Positions 37,901 to 50,939 of a DNA stretch of 64,000 nucleotides are shown piece by piece. The notes under the pieces are model-generated. The model worked only from the letters and a program-made list of their open reading frames with translations. It was not told the DNA's origin and searched no databases. Position numbers and translations under genes: made by a program. Origin of the DNA: Octopus bimaculoides (lineage: Eukaryota); assembly GCF_001194135.2 (NCBI RefSeq), contig NC_068982.1, forward strand, positions 144,286,740 to 144,350,739, in the 5' to 3' direction. Numbering within the stretch: the stretch's first letter is position 1; each line of letters begins with the position of its first letter.

Positions 37901-40725
37901 GAATAAACTTAGAGTGTGTGACATTCATGCCTTTGAGAAAGGTATTAATAAGCTTTACTTTTTCAGAAACAGCATACTAATTTATGGATACAGTTTACTG
38001 ACAGTGGTGAAGGTGCACTGAAGTAGTGCATTCAAGAAGTGCAGTGCTTTTACAAGTCACGAACTGGCTTCCACTTCAAATAAAAGGGGAGTTGCTGACT
38101 CAACAGGTAAGAAGCTTAGCTATCTGGACTTGAAAGTACTGATTTTTAACCAAGGCATAAAGCCATACATTATAAAGGAGAGTATAATCAATCAAATTCA
38201 CCTTGGTACCTCTAGTATTTATTAATCACAACTGAATCAAAGGTCAAGTCAAACTCCACATTTTTGAACTAAAATGATGAACTAGATACCACACAGCATT
38301 TAATTCATTGCTCTCCTAATTCTACCCTTTTTTCTATTGATCAGTCAACATCAGCCAATATACTTTAGTTTGGCTAAATTCTTTAAAAAAGAAAGACAGT
38401 AAAAAGGTGTCACCATTAAGTTTGTTCTTTTCTCAATAACTAATTTATTTTCTATTAGCTTCCACCGAATTCAGATTAATTTTCTCCATCTACATTGGCA
38501 TAAGTTGGTATATTTTTAAGCATCTTGCATGCATTACATAAACAATCATCATCATCATCATCACTGTCTGCTTACCAAGCTGGCATAGGTTGGATGGTTT
38601 GACATGGAGCTGGCCAGACTCCAATTGTCTGTTGTGACATGGTTTCTATGGCTGGATGCCCTTCCTAATGCCAACCACTTAAACTGTGTTCTTTCTATTT
38701 TATGTGCCACTGGTATGGATGCATTTATGCAGCACTAGCATGCATGCTTTTTATGTGGCAAGTCTGTATATGTGGAAGACAGCAATTTTACTTGAGGTAA
38801 ATTGAGCTTGAGAATGCAGTCTATAGAAGAGTTTAACTGAAGATTCTCCAGTTTTTTTTATCAAAATCTCAAACAGCCTTGTACTATTAAGAATGCATTA
38901 ACATAAAAACCAAAAACCCATTTAACAAATAGAACAAAAAGGAAATACATTGAAGATCTTAAGCAATACAGGTGCCTAACTAAAGGAAGGTAAATTATAT
39001 AGCTTAGATAGCAGAATAAGAACTAGAGCAAATGATTCCATAGAGGTCACATTTAAGGAACATTAAAAATAGTTAAAGAAACTGCTGTCTAAGTAGAATG
39101 GGTTTTAGAACTATGAGATAATTGATCACAATGTATTTCACTGAGCTTTATAATATATAGCAAGGGTGACCAAATTGTTTGATAAGAAGAAACACAAAAA
39201 CTTTTTAGATTGGAGTCTGGTGTAGTCATCTGGTTTCACCAGTCCTCAGTCAAATCGTCCAACCCATGCTAGCATGGAAAGCAGATGTTAAACGATGATG
39301 ATGATGATGATGATGATGATAAATAATACACACACAGTAGCATTGAGTGGCATGTGACTGGCTACATTTGATATATGCAATAATGTTATGCCAATAATTC
39401 AAAAATATGAGATATTACAAATGATTATTATCAAAGAATACTTTTAAATATAAAAAAGGGATCAAAATTTAATATGTAACAAATACACCAGTAATAGTAA
39501 CAGAATACTTGATAAATTTTAGACAATGCATTTACTTCTATTATTGTAAGTTGTCAGAATTGTTAGAGTACCAGACAAAATGCCTGGTGGTATTTCTTCC
39601 AGTTCATTACATTCGGAGTTCAAATTCTGCTGAGGTCAACTCTGCCTTTCATCCTTTCAAGTCAATAAAATAAGTACCAGTTGAGCACTAGGGTCAATGT
39701 AATAAACTTCCCCTCTCCTTAAAATTGCTGGACTTGGCCAAAATTAGAAAGAATTATTATTAAAACCTATAATTACCATTTTATTAAAATGATTTTTAAA
39801 AATAGTTAGAAAAAAAGAAAAAACAGGATCTTTAATTAGAGATATTATCATTATTTTGTTTTTGTTTTATTTTCTGTCAATCAATTTAAGATCAAATACA
39901 AGGAATAATTTAGATAAAATCAAGCTTAATAACAAAATTTTTGAGGCATGAATCAATAAAGATCTTGTCAGCATAACAGAAGACTAGAAGGCTACACAAT
40001 GGAATGCAATGATTGAATTGACCTTAGTTCTCTGTTTTGGGAATGCCAGCTGTGTATGTGTGTGTGTAAGGGGAGGATCCTGAAAAATCAATTTTTGTTG
40101 TTTTTTTTTACCCTAAACAACTCATTATTTTTACTATAGGTTCAAAATGCTACACAATGGTTCAAATCTTAACCCAGACTATATTAGAAAAAAAAAAAAA
40201 ATAAAACAAATTAAAATAATTCATGTATTAGATAGGAATTCAAAATGGAAGCAGTCAATTTTCTTCTCAACAGCTACATTTGTAAAAGAGTAAGATGCCA
40301 GTTGATGATAATTAAACCAGGAAGAAGTCACTGCAAATAATAAGCAGGTCAACCAAAAAGAGAGAGAAATGGAACTGACATAGAAAGTTGTAAAGTATGG
40401 GCGACATGAAACCTACAAAGTCTAACTGATCCATCTTTCTTCTATACAAGAAAAGTAACCCTGAAACAACAACAACAACAACCATAGTAACACAAATATA
40501 AACAATATATTTAGATATTACTTTAGTTTTTATACATGATGTAGACATTGGACAGTTAGTAAGAAACTTGCAAGCTTCCTTCCAAGTCATGTAGTCTCAG
40601 GTTCAGTCCCACAGCATGATGCCTTGGACAAGTGCCTTCTACTATAGCCCCAGGCTGGATAAAGCAAGCCTTGTGAGTGAATTTAGTAGATGGAAACTGA
40701 AAGAAGCTTCTGTGTGTGTGTGTGT

Positions 40726-40911
40726 ATTAATCATAAGGATGCACTCGTACATCTACCTACTAGAAATGAGAACTATATAGGTATGTGAGGGGATTTTTTC
40801 AATCTGTTTTGCCTGAGTACTGTTGATTCTGTCATTATTTTGGTTGTTTAAATGTAACTTTTAGCTCTTATTTCTCGCAGGTAGATGTATGAGTGCGCCC
40901 TTATGATTAAT
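40726..40911. repeat. 50-bp inverted repeats with an 86-bp spacer (fold-back or small MITE)
   Basis: 40726-40775 vs 40862-40911, 43/50 identical. The outer ends read ATTAA...TTAAT. Confidence 0.85.
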
Positions 40912-41066
40912 GTAATTCTAATTCTTTAGCTATATATAATGCTAGTTTAGCCTACAACCACTTATATTAATGTTGCTGTTATTGTCAACTATTTATATTG
41001 CCTTTGATAATAATAGCAATATTAATATCTCTATAAATATTCAATCCTGAATATTTGCTCCTTATA

Positions 41067-41131
<65 letters not shown>

Positions 41132-42299
41132 AGTTTCAGCTTAGAGCTGCGGCCATGCTGATGCACCACCGTGTTGCTACACTGTTATTACAGGGAGCCT
41201 CTTACAATATGTAGCACTTGGTGAAGAATGGAGTTTGATTTAGCAACCCTCATTTGCACCTCCTGCCGCGAGGTAGGTTCATCTGGCACTCTCGATAGGA
41301 AGAGGTCCAGCTTTGATTTACCTATATATATATAGGTATCATCATTATCATCGTTTAACATCTGTTGTCCATACTGGCAAGCTGGAGATCTGCACCAGTC
41401 TCCAGTCTTATTTGGCATGGTTTCTATGGCCGGATGCTTCTTTCTGCTCTTCCTGATGCTAACCCCTTTACAGAATGTGCTGGGTGCTTTTATGTGGCAC
41501 TGCATGGGAGGTACATATGTAAATATGTTTGTTTGTGAATGCATTATTTGCATTTGTGTGTACTCCTGTTTTGACATTACATGATGGTTGTAAACGAGCA
41601 TGTTGTTCACTTCCTGTCTTCTATGAAAAACTTAACATAATCTGTCTGACCCACGCAAACATAGAAAAGTGGGCATTAAATAATAATGCTGATGATAGTA
41701 AATCAATATATATATATATATATTAAGCCTATCATAAAAGTACATTTTCAAGTTTACAAAAAGGTGAATATGAAAATATAAAGCAAATATTACCAATATC
41801 TCTAAATCTTTCAATAATCCCATTAAATGGAATTTGAAGAGATTAATAAAGATTAATTCCTCAAACAACCGAATTAACAGCAACGAGAAAACAAAAATTA
41901 TCAAAATTGGGTTTCAATAAAAAGAAATCACAACCTACTAATTATAATACATTTATTAGATTGAAATACACAGAAAAATGTTTTAAAAACTAAACTATTT
42001 CCTTCTTGGAAATAAAGTTGTAAATTATGCAAAAAGGTCAGAGGAACTTTTAAGAATTCATTAAGTAAGCAGGTCTGATTTCCTATCATTATCTATATTG
42101 TTCAGTATATGTTTCTTTACATATTAGCCATTTGAAATGAATGATTCACTGAATAGGAAAAGTGAATTAGAATTTTGTAAAGAATAAATAAACTATACCA
42201 TAAGTATTGAGTGCATCTGCTCTTGTTTGTACATCCTCTGATAAAGCTTAGTGAATACACACTTTGTTGAAACACAGCCTCCATGTTGTGACACTATAT

Positions 42300-43150
42300 A
42301 TATGAATAACTATGATTATAATTAATCCTCCTTTGTGCATGTGTGTGTAAGTAGACTGCAGTGAAATCACCTTGTACCTCATAAGATGAAAGAGCCTTTA
42401 TGACTGAGAGAGAGAGAACAGGAGAGTGGGGTAGCTTTCTGTGAGATGTTGAGGGATACAATATGATGGGAGAGAGAACAGATCTGTTACTGTGGAAGAG
42501 ATTCATGGCTAACCTAAATTATATATGGATGGGCAGAGGTGGATAGGGTGGAGCTAGAAAGTAAGATAAAGATAATGGTGAAACTGTAATGGATTGCATC
42601 TTCTAAGTACAAGAAGGTAGAGACAGGAGCTCAGGAAGGGTAGGTAAGTAAATGTTGCAAGAGGTGTGCAGCAAAGTGAGATTGTTCAAAATAGGACTGG
42701 AAGTAAATGTAGTGAACAAGAGAGGTTGATAATAAATATGAGTGAGAAGACAGTGTTAAGAATGTGGGATGGACATCAATAGAAGTGGCTCAGAGAAGAG
42801 GGAGTGATGACTGGCAAAACAGAAAGGGTTATCAGTAATAGAAAACAGGAGATAGGAGAGAGATGAGTTATACAGAGATGCAGGATCCAAGAGTATAAGG
42901 TGTGAGAGAAAAGTAAGTGGTTATGAGAGGTATATAGGGATGAATATAGTATGTGGCAAGCAAAGGTGGGAAGGTTTATGGGGGGAGGGAGGGTTATTAA
43001 GAATGAAAGATGGATATCAATAGGAAGTGGCTTGAGAGTACGAAAGTGATAACTGGCAATGTAATAATGAGATTCACTAACAACAGGGTAATCTAGTAGG
43101 AAGGAAAGTGATGGGACATGTTGGGCTAAGGGCCCAAAAGTGTTCACATG
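42300..43150 (-). mobile_element. Decayed LINE, probable APE endonuclease region
   Basis: The minus-strand ORF contains VQGDFTA (cf. the APE motif GDFNA). Strong purine/pyrimidine strand bias. Confidence 0.45.
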
Positions 43151-44354
43151 GCAAACATGCATCTTTAATTGTATTGTACATTGTTTACTCTTTCTATTGA
43201 CACACACTTCTTTTCTCTACATTTTCCTTTACTGTACACTTCTTTGTTTTTTTTTACTTTATATTTTTATGCCTTTCAAAAAATATCATCTACAAAGAAG
43301 TTTTGTAATCATGTCGATATTATTGAAAGGAATATGATTCATAATTTAAATAAGGAAATTTATGAACTTTGAATGTATAAGAGTATAAACAAGTGTAAAA
43401 TAGTGTAAACAACTAAAATAAAAAGTAGATCTAAATAACATGTTATTCTTAATACTTTTTATGTAGTGGTCAAAGGCTTTTGTTAGGAGTGGCCCACATA
43501 ACCATTCTTGATACAGAGGCTGGGAGCCTATTTCAGTTCGGGAGTGAATAGGCATTACATGTCACTTAGTCATAAACACGTCATGTAGCTTCAATAGAAT
43601 GCTGTATCACCAACAATAATGTGATTTCTCTAAGACATCACCCAGTAATCTATCAAGTTTATTTACACATTTCTCAATACATACTGTTGCTATAACTTCC
43701 CTCCCTCATTTTATGCCTCCATCGTAGATGGGTAGATTTGTCAGTATATACATATACACATGCACACATATATTGAAAAGGTCAAGAGGTTTCACACAAG
43801 CGAATTTAAATTAAAATACAAAAAAGAGAAAATGCTTTGAGAAGATTATCATGAACAAAAGAAAGAAAATATTTACACTTTTTAAATCGAAATAAGCTAC
43901 CGGTTTCAATTCTTTTAAAAGATGGTTTATTCATGCTGACTCCCATACCTCTCTTTCCTTCAGTGATTTTCTCTGATTTCTTCACCATCCTCACCTGTTT
44001 CTTTCTTTCATGTTCCCTTCCCTTAACACCTATTCATACTTGCCCTTATAATGTACGGTAGCTCAGAATTTACCTGTCTTGTCACCTTTCCACTCAGTCA
44101 TTTTTTTCTTATTAATCCAGACACAGATCCCTTCTCTTTTTTTTCCCTTTAATACTCCCTTCTCCAAAAGTGTTTACTCTGTTACTCGCTCAACATGACT
44201 TTCTCACAAACATAAATCTGTTCCACTCCGCATACTTTACCCCCCCCCCACACACACACCACTTCTGTTCTCCTTCAATTACATGGAGCCAGTTAAGGTC
44301 CCAGGTCATGCAAGCTCAGAATTTACCTTGTCTTGTGACCTTTCCACCCAGTCA

Positions 44355-44783
44355 CTACTTGCTGAGGCAGTTACGAAAGGCTATCAAGACCAAATGCCCA
44401 GGAAAACTGATGAAAGGGATCTTGTTTCATCAGGACAATGTTCCACCATTGGTTTCAATGACTGCTGCGTATGACTGTGGCTTTGAACTGGTTGATCACC
44501 CTCCCTATTCTCCTGATTTGGCCTCATCTGACAATCACTTGTTTCCTAACATGGGAAAACATTTGGCTGGGAACCAGCATTGTAGTGATTATGACATCAT
44601 ATCTGCTGTTGATGACTTTTTTACCAACAGGATGAGAGCTTTTTCACCAATGAGATCCAAGCCCTGCAATACTGAAGGAAGAAGTGTGTGGACTACAAGG
44701 TGGATTATATTGAAAAATAAACCTCATCTGGTCACATTCCATGAGAGTATCTTGGTCAGCCTATGACCTTTTCAGCTGAACCT

Positions 44784-44785
<2 letters not shown>
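44355..44785 (+). mobile_element. mariner (DD34D-type) transposon, 3' half with right TIR
   Basis: Translates to LLRQLRKAIKTKCPGKLMKGILFHQDNVP..HPPYSPDLASSDNHLFPNMGKHLAG. The D-D spacing is 31 rather than 34 (in-frame deletion). Ends in ttttcagctgaacctca. Confidence 0.9.
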
Positions 44786-44831
<46 letters not shown>

Positions 44832-46199
44832 CATTCATTTATTTTTTCCTTCCTTTCCATGCTGGCATAAAATCAAAACTTTTTAAGGCATTATTTTATA
44901 GCCAGATGCTCTTTCTGCTGCAGATCTGAACCTGCTTTTTAAAGTAAGGGGTTATTTATTCCACTGGTTGGGACAAGCATACAGTACAGAGTGCAAGGCG
45001 TTTTCTTTACAAGGGATGTAAACAGGAAATCACTGTTTTGCTTCAACATGTCATGAAAAGACATGTTGAATGTTAATATTCTTGCACATACATGCATGAG
45101 GAAGTAGAATCTACGTCCCCTCTAAATAATGCACTCTATAACTCTGCATTTTAAACACGTGATGACTGGTGGTATACAAAGACATCACATAAATATGATG
45201 ATCACTATGAAGATATGTGTGTGAGAGAAAGTGTTTGTATATATGTGTGTGTGCACAAGTAAACTATTGGTGTTTAACAGAAGAATATGCTGATTAACAA
45301 GAAAAATTCAAATATTAAACATTGATTTTATTCATTTCAATACAATACTCAATAATTCAATGACAAGTGACTGCTACAATCACTAACACAACACCTTCAC
45401 CAAAACAAGCAACAACATTCATTCATGTAAATTACTTGACATAACAATGTAACAGCCAAAATTCCCCACACATGAACATCAACTTTCTTAAGTGCTAGAA
45501 CCGTATTTCTCAAACCTTAATCCCTAAGATAACAAGCTGACAGACAAGATGGTAATAGCCAGAAAGCAAATTGAATAATATTGCTTCATGGAATCCAACA
45601 CACTGGCTGTAAAAGCTGTAAACATACTGGTTGTAAAATGAACAACTTTTAACAGGTAACTATTTCAAGTTTGAACCTGTCAGAATTGATTTAACCTATA
45701 AACTAGCTGAAATTAATAAGTCTAAGACTTTTATGGACCCAGCATCAGCTGCAAAAACTAAATACCATTGTTAAGAGGGACAATTTACTTGTCATCACAT
45801 TAGAAAATTGCTGAAGTAAATATTTTTACAGTGAGATTCCCTTGCTACTGGTAACCATCCTAAAAAATAAGTAGAAACTTTGTTAATTAAACAGCTGCTC
45901 ACTGCAACTTGTTCAGTTGGCAACAAGTTTCAACTTCCACTTTCGTTTTTGATCAATGCCTTGATGCATAACTGTATGGCTGTAAAAGTAAGGTTTTCAA
46001 AATGACTGCAAACTCACAGCCTCTTAATCTCCTATAGATGTAGTCAAACTCTAATTTCATCAATCTGACTTCATTCTGATTAGATCTGAAATCTTAACAA
46101 TCAGGCACTGAAATAACTAACAGAAAGAATATGCCAGTACTTTATTACTTTGGTCATGTTTATTACCTTGAGTATCATAATGCAGGTAGGTAAGTAGAT

Positions 46200-46830
46200 A
46201 AACCATGTTTGATTGCTCACATTGTAGAATGCAACATCCTGTGATATCTTCACCAAAAGTAATAGCTAAGTTGTCTACCTATAGACTCTATTTATCATCT
46301 ATTGCATCGAATTTCCTTTCAGACTGCTCCATTGCAATCTTTTTTCTATCAACTCTGATGCACCACAAGATTCAGTAGTGTCTCCTGCACTCTTTCTTCT
46401 CTATTTCCATGACCTATTTGCTGTGACTTTTAACAACAATGGCTCTAATGCAAATAATACCACTCTTCTCTCATCATACACAGATGTCATTTACACACTA
46501 TCTAGACATCATATTATATAGAGATCACTTTTATAAATAGAGATTCTGAAAACGTTCTCCAATCGTTATTACCAATCAAAGAAACAGACTTTCACAATAT
46601 CCATTTTATGCACAAAACTACATACACTAAAAGCATCCCAGTCAAAACAAGTGCTAGGTTTCACAATCTCTGATGATCTGTCATAACACTGCTAACAATG
46701 TAACCCAAATATTAAGTTTCCTTTCCAGGAACAAAATATACTTCAACTCTTATCAGTTACTTGCACTCCACAAAGTTCAAGTACATTCAACATAGGGTTA
46801 CTGCTCACAAACCTAGGACAATTATGTTGT
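46200..46830 (+). mobile_element. Decayed Jockey/CR1-group LINE reverse transcriptase
   Basis: Translates to SDAPQDSVVSPALFLLYFHDL (cf. GVPQGSVLSPTLFLLYINDL), with upstream IAKLSTYRL and SNFLSD. Confidence 0.65.
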
Positions 46831-46920
46831 CTCACACACACACACACACACTGGAGAACCATCTAACTGTTTAACAAAGACTTACTTTCTTTTCGTTTTC
46901 CTCTCTCTCTNNNNNNNNNN

Positions 46921-46963
<43 letters not shown>

Positions 46964-47239
46964 CTAACAATGGCTAAGCAATTCTTTCACAATATTTCAG
47001 AGACTGCTACTATAATAATCTCAACAGTTACACCTAGCTTCCTTCCTCTCACCGTCCCTATTCTATCCTAAACTTTACTTTCTGTATCAAACATTTTGCT
47101 CAAACAATCTTCCCCAAAACAGTAACTCACTGGGACTTGCTCTTAGCCAGTGGCTTTTATAATAGGCATTAACCTACAGCAGTTCAAAATGAACATCAAG
47201 TATATCAATTTCACTAGTCTGGTATTGCGCTTCATCTAC

Positions 47240-48030
47240 CATCATCATCCTGAGTTTAAATCCATCTTTCCATGCTTGCATGAATTATATAGGTCCTCTC
47301 CAACACAGCCCTTACCATTAGGAATGGTCTTTTGTCATCTCTTTTGTGAAGTTCAATCTCCTGAGATCAACCTTCACATCTTCTAATGTCTTCTTGGCTC
47401 TGCCACAGGTTCCTTTCTCTTGGACTGTTTGGCTCTTTTTTACCCAACTGTTGTTTTCCATATGTGTCACACCTCCATATCAGTATGGTCTCCTTTCTTG
47501 CACAGTTTATTTTCTTGGCTCATTTGTGTTCCATCATTCATGCACACCAACAGTTACACATCCCTTGAAACATGCCTTATTTTTTTATCAGCCATCACAC
47601 TTCTCTCAGATTCAAGGCCCAAGTTTTGCCACCTGTAACATCATGATTTGTAAACAAACATCATACAATCTGCTCTTTATTCAGAAAGAATACCTCTTTG
47701 CAGCCAACAGTAGCTCCCTAAACATTTTTGCACCCCTTTCTTACCCTGGCTATTATGCTTTCAAAGCACTCAACAAAATTTTTTACTTGGGTCAGTGAAG
47801 TAAGAAAACTATGAACTACTTATATAGAGCCTTCCAAACATTTAAAAGAATTTATTTCATCTATGTTTTTAACTACTCTTGTGTATCTGCAACATTGAGA
47901 GCTTTTCTTTCCAATAAACCTGCCTGTTATCCCACTAACTCTGTTGTGCACCAATAGTTTAAAATGGGTACCACATATGGAATCACTAATAGTTCCTTTT
48001 CTGCATAGTGAACATGGCCATTTCAAAGAT
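47240..48030 (-). mobile_element. Decayed RTE LINE 3' portion with (GAT)n tail
   Basis: Reverse complement resembles the RTE end at 56400-57175. (ATC)n tail at 47240. Confidence 0.7.
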
Positions 48031-48139
48031 GACAGTACAGTTCTATCTTCATTATAGCTAAGCTCAATTTAAGGTCTTATGTTTGCAGACAGACAGACAG
48101 ACAGACACACACACACACACACCCACACACACACACACA

Positions 48140-48192
<53 letters not shown>

Positions 48193-50575
48193 ATACAGTC
48201 AGTTGCTCTTCTCATTGCTAATCTGAATCTGTTCATATATATGATAAATTTTCAACAGCTTACAATTTATGATGAGTACCTGAAGGAGATGAAAGCACTC
48301 AATAGTATTAATCCAAATCCTGACAACATTCTCTTTTTTTATTAATGTGTTTTTTTGCTATTTGTGTTTTAGGTCAATTCAATGAAAACTGACCAGAGTT
48401 TATGAATAATAAATACATGAAAGTAGTAAAATGTAAAATTATAACACTGCAAAAAAAACCAAAAGTAATGGTATCTGCTATAGATATAGCTGTGTTTTCT
48501 CTCCAGATATGTAATTTTAGAACAATAGCTCATACTGTATGAATTAATAGATGATGGTATTGATGATAATTATGATGATATTTATCATTAATTTTCATTT
48601 GTATATGCTGACGTCTATTTGGCAGATATCTTTAAATGGTTTCTCCTCATGTACTCTTAGTTAAACCAATCTCTCTGCCAATCATAACTTTTGAGGTCAG
48701 CACAAATTATCATTATTTGAATGACTGGCAAATCCATTCACACAGTTTTTTTTTTTTCATCTCTTTATCTCACAAAATATGCATACCAACAAAATAGAAT
48801 ATATTTTAAAAATATAAATTCAGCAATAATTATCCTTTACTCACTGAGGTATCTTAATTAACATACCTAAGCCTTTATGTAAAAGAAAAAAAAAACAACT
48901 AAGTAACATCTTAGCCAAATTGAAGCATAAGAAGTTGAAATTTATTCTGTTTCTATAGCCTTAAATAAAACAAAATGTATGCACCCACAAAATATAGAAA
49001 GTTAGCTTTCACAAGTTAGTTTTGGCAGCTAATTCCTCATTTCTGTAGCAATGAATAGTTAAATTGATCAAGACAGAAGTTGAATTGCAGAACAAATGAA
49101 ACTGAACTTGGTGACTTAATTCAAGTATTTTAACCAAAGGAATTTACATAATAAAATGATGTCTAGAGGGTGACAGAATTATATTCAAATGGGGGAAAAA
49201 GAACAAAAACAAAAAAAATCTGAGTTTTGAAATCAAATGTTGAAAAATTTGTGGGGTTAACAGTTATATTGATTTTTACTGATAGTTCTCTGTTCTTCAG
49301 GAGCCAACAGCTGGCTCATCTCTTGTAACCAGGAATTAAACTTAATCTTCTCTCATTGATGCATGAAACCTTGCCAACTAAAACTAATTTGTAACTGCTT
49401 CAACACATTTTACAACTTCTGCTCATGTCATCATTAATATTGCATCTTAAAGTATCTTGTTCAACTGGAATATCTTCAGGATATCATAATCACTTCAAAT
49501 GATTCACCTATACAGTGTTGGGGATGTGACATATTGAACATTCATAGGAGATCTAATTACCAAAATATTTCCCAAATCCAACAGCCGTACTCCCTGTTGA
49601 CAGATACATCTATAGAGCAAGAGAAAGAATGTACTTATGATTGTTTTGTAAATTAAAAATAATCTGAACAGTTTCAGGACTGCTAAGTGACTACTGCATT
49701 ATGAGCCTTAAACAAGGTCATTCCTAATAAATTTCTTCTCTTGTTTTTCCTTTTTTAATAATGTGTGTGTGTGTGTGTGTGTGTGTGTGCCACCTACGTA
49801 TTGTACTTAACATATATACACCACTGACAGGCATAATGCTGCAGTTTCTGTCTGAGAGAAAATCTTTTCATAGACATGTGTTAAAAACACATATACATCA
49901 GAACAAGATAAGCATCATTGTAGTAGAGACCTATGGGAACAGCAGACGTGCTTCACCCTTCTTAGGGCTTGTCAATAACATGCACCTTATAGTCACTTGC
50001 CCAGATGAAATCTGTCAAATGCAGTATATAGCAAATGGTGACTAATACATTCATTTGTAATATCTATGATTATTCACTGCATTTATAATCTAATGCAGTT
50101 TCAATTGCATAAAGTGTGCATGCATGTGCATGCATGCACACACATGCATGTGCACACGTGCATGTGCACACGTGCACATGTGTAAATAACTAGATAAAAC
50201 ATTGAAATAATGTTTTGAAACTCAATAAAATCTTGTACTCAGGGTTTCACATTGAAGAAATCTCTATATTTCTAAAAGATATAGAGCACTAAAATATGTT
50301 AATAACTTGAAGGTTATATCTACTCCAGCAGTAAGTGAATGTTACAGGGAATCTGCGCAGTGTTTGTAAAATGATTTATTATTGCTATACACGGAGATGA
50401 ATTTTGAAAAAAGTATAATTATCTTAATCAACCCTAGTATATTACTGGTATTTTCTTTACTCCTCATTTCTACCCCACCAAGGGTCAGCTATGGCAAGGT
50501 TGAGATAAACAGAACTAAATGGTGTAATACTTAACATCTATAAAATAATTTCTCATCAAAGGCCTAATTTGTCTA

Positions 50576-50939
50576 AATTGGAAATGAAATTGGTGTAAGA
50601 ATCAATTTACTTCGTTTATATTTATATCTAATTAAATTCATATTTATATTAAACTTATTTATTTATTTATGTGTTTCAGCCAAGCGGCTGCGGTCATGCT
50701 GGTGAAGCAGTTCCAACTTTTATTTATCAATACTTTAGTGATCATCATCATCATCATCATCGTTTAACGTCCGCTTTCCATGCTAGCATGGGTTGGACGA
50801 TTTGACTGAGGAGTGATCCTGATAATATTTGAACTTCCAGCAGTGAAGTACCAAAACCTTGAACAAAGTAGAAGTTAATTGCTTAGATCTGAAGTTCTAC
50901 CTTATTTACCTGTTGTGTCTCTTGAGTTTTCTACATCAA
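50576..50939 (+). repeat. Copy 1 of a ~260-bp direct duplication (copy 2 at 57878-58136), carrying two retroposon-tail insertions
   Basis: Near-identical to 57878-58136 outside the insertions at 50659-50703 and 50744-50811. Confidence 0.92.

Noticed and set aside
40312-40590. ORF containing gttgtttcag|GGTTACTT..LLFLYRRKMDQLDFV, superficially like the LLDDRRLELLV exon
   Set aside because: No real alignment to the FERM N-terminus, and the ORF depends on an (AAC)n repeat.
45042-45070. 11-bp perfect hairpin (ttcaacatgtc/gacatgttgaa); a similar one lies at 3387-3438
   Set aside because: Stems this short are roughly expected by chance in 64 kb of AT-rich DNA.
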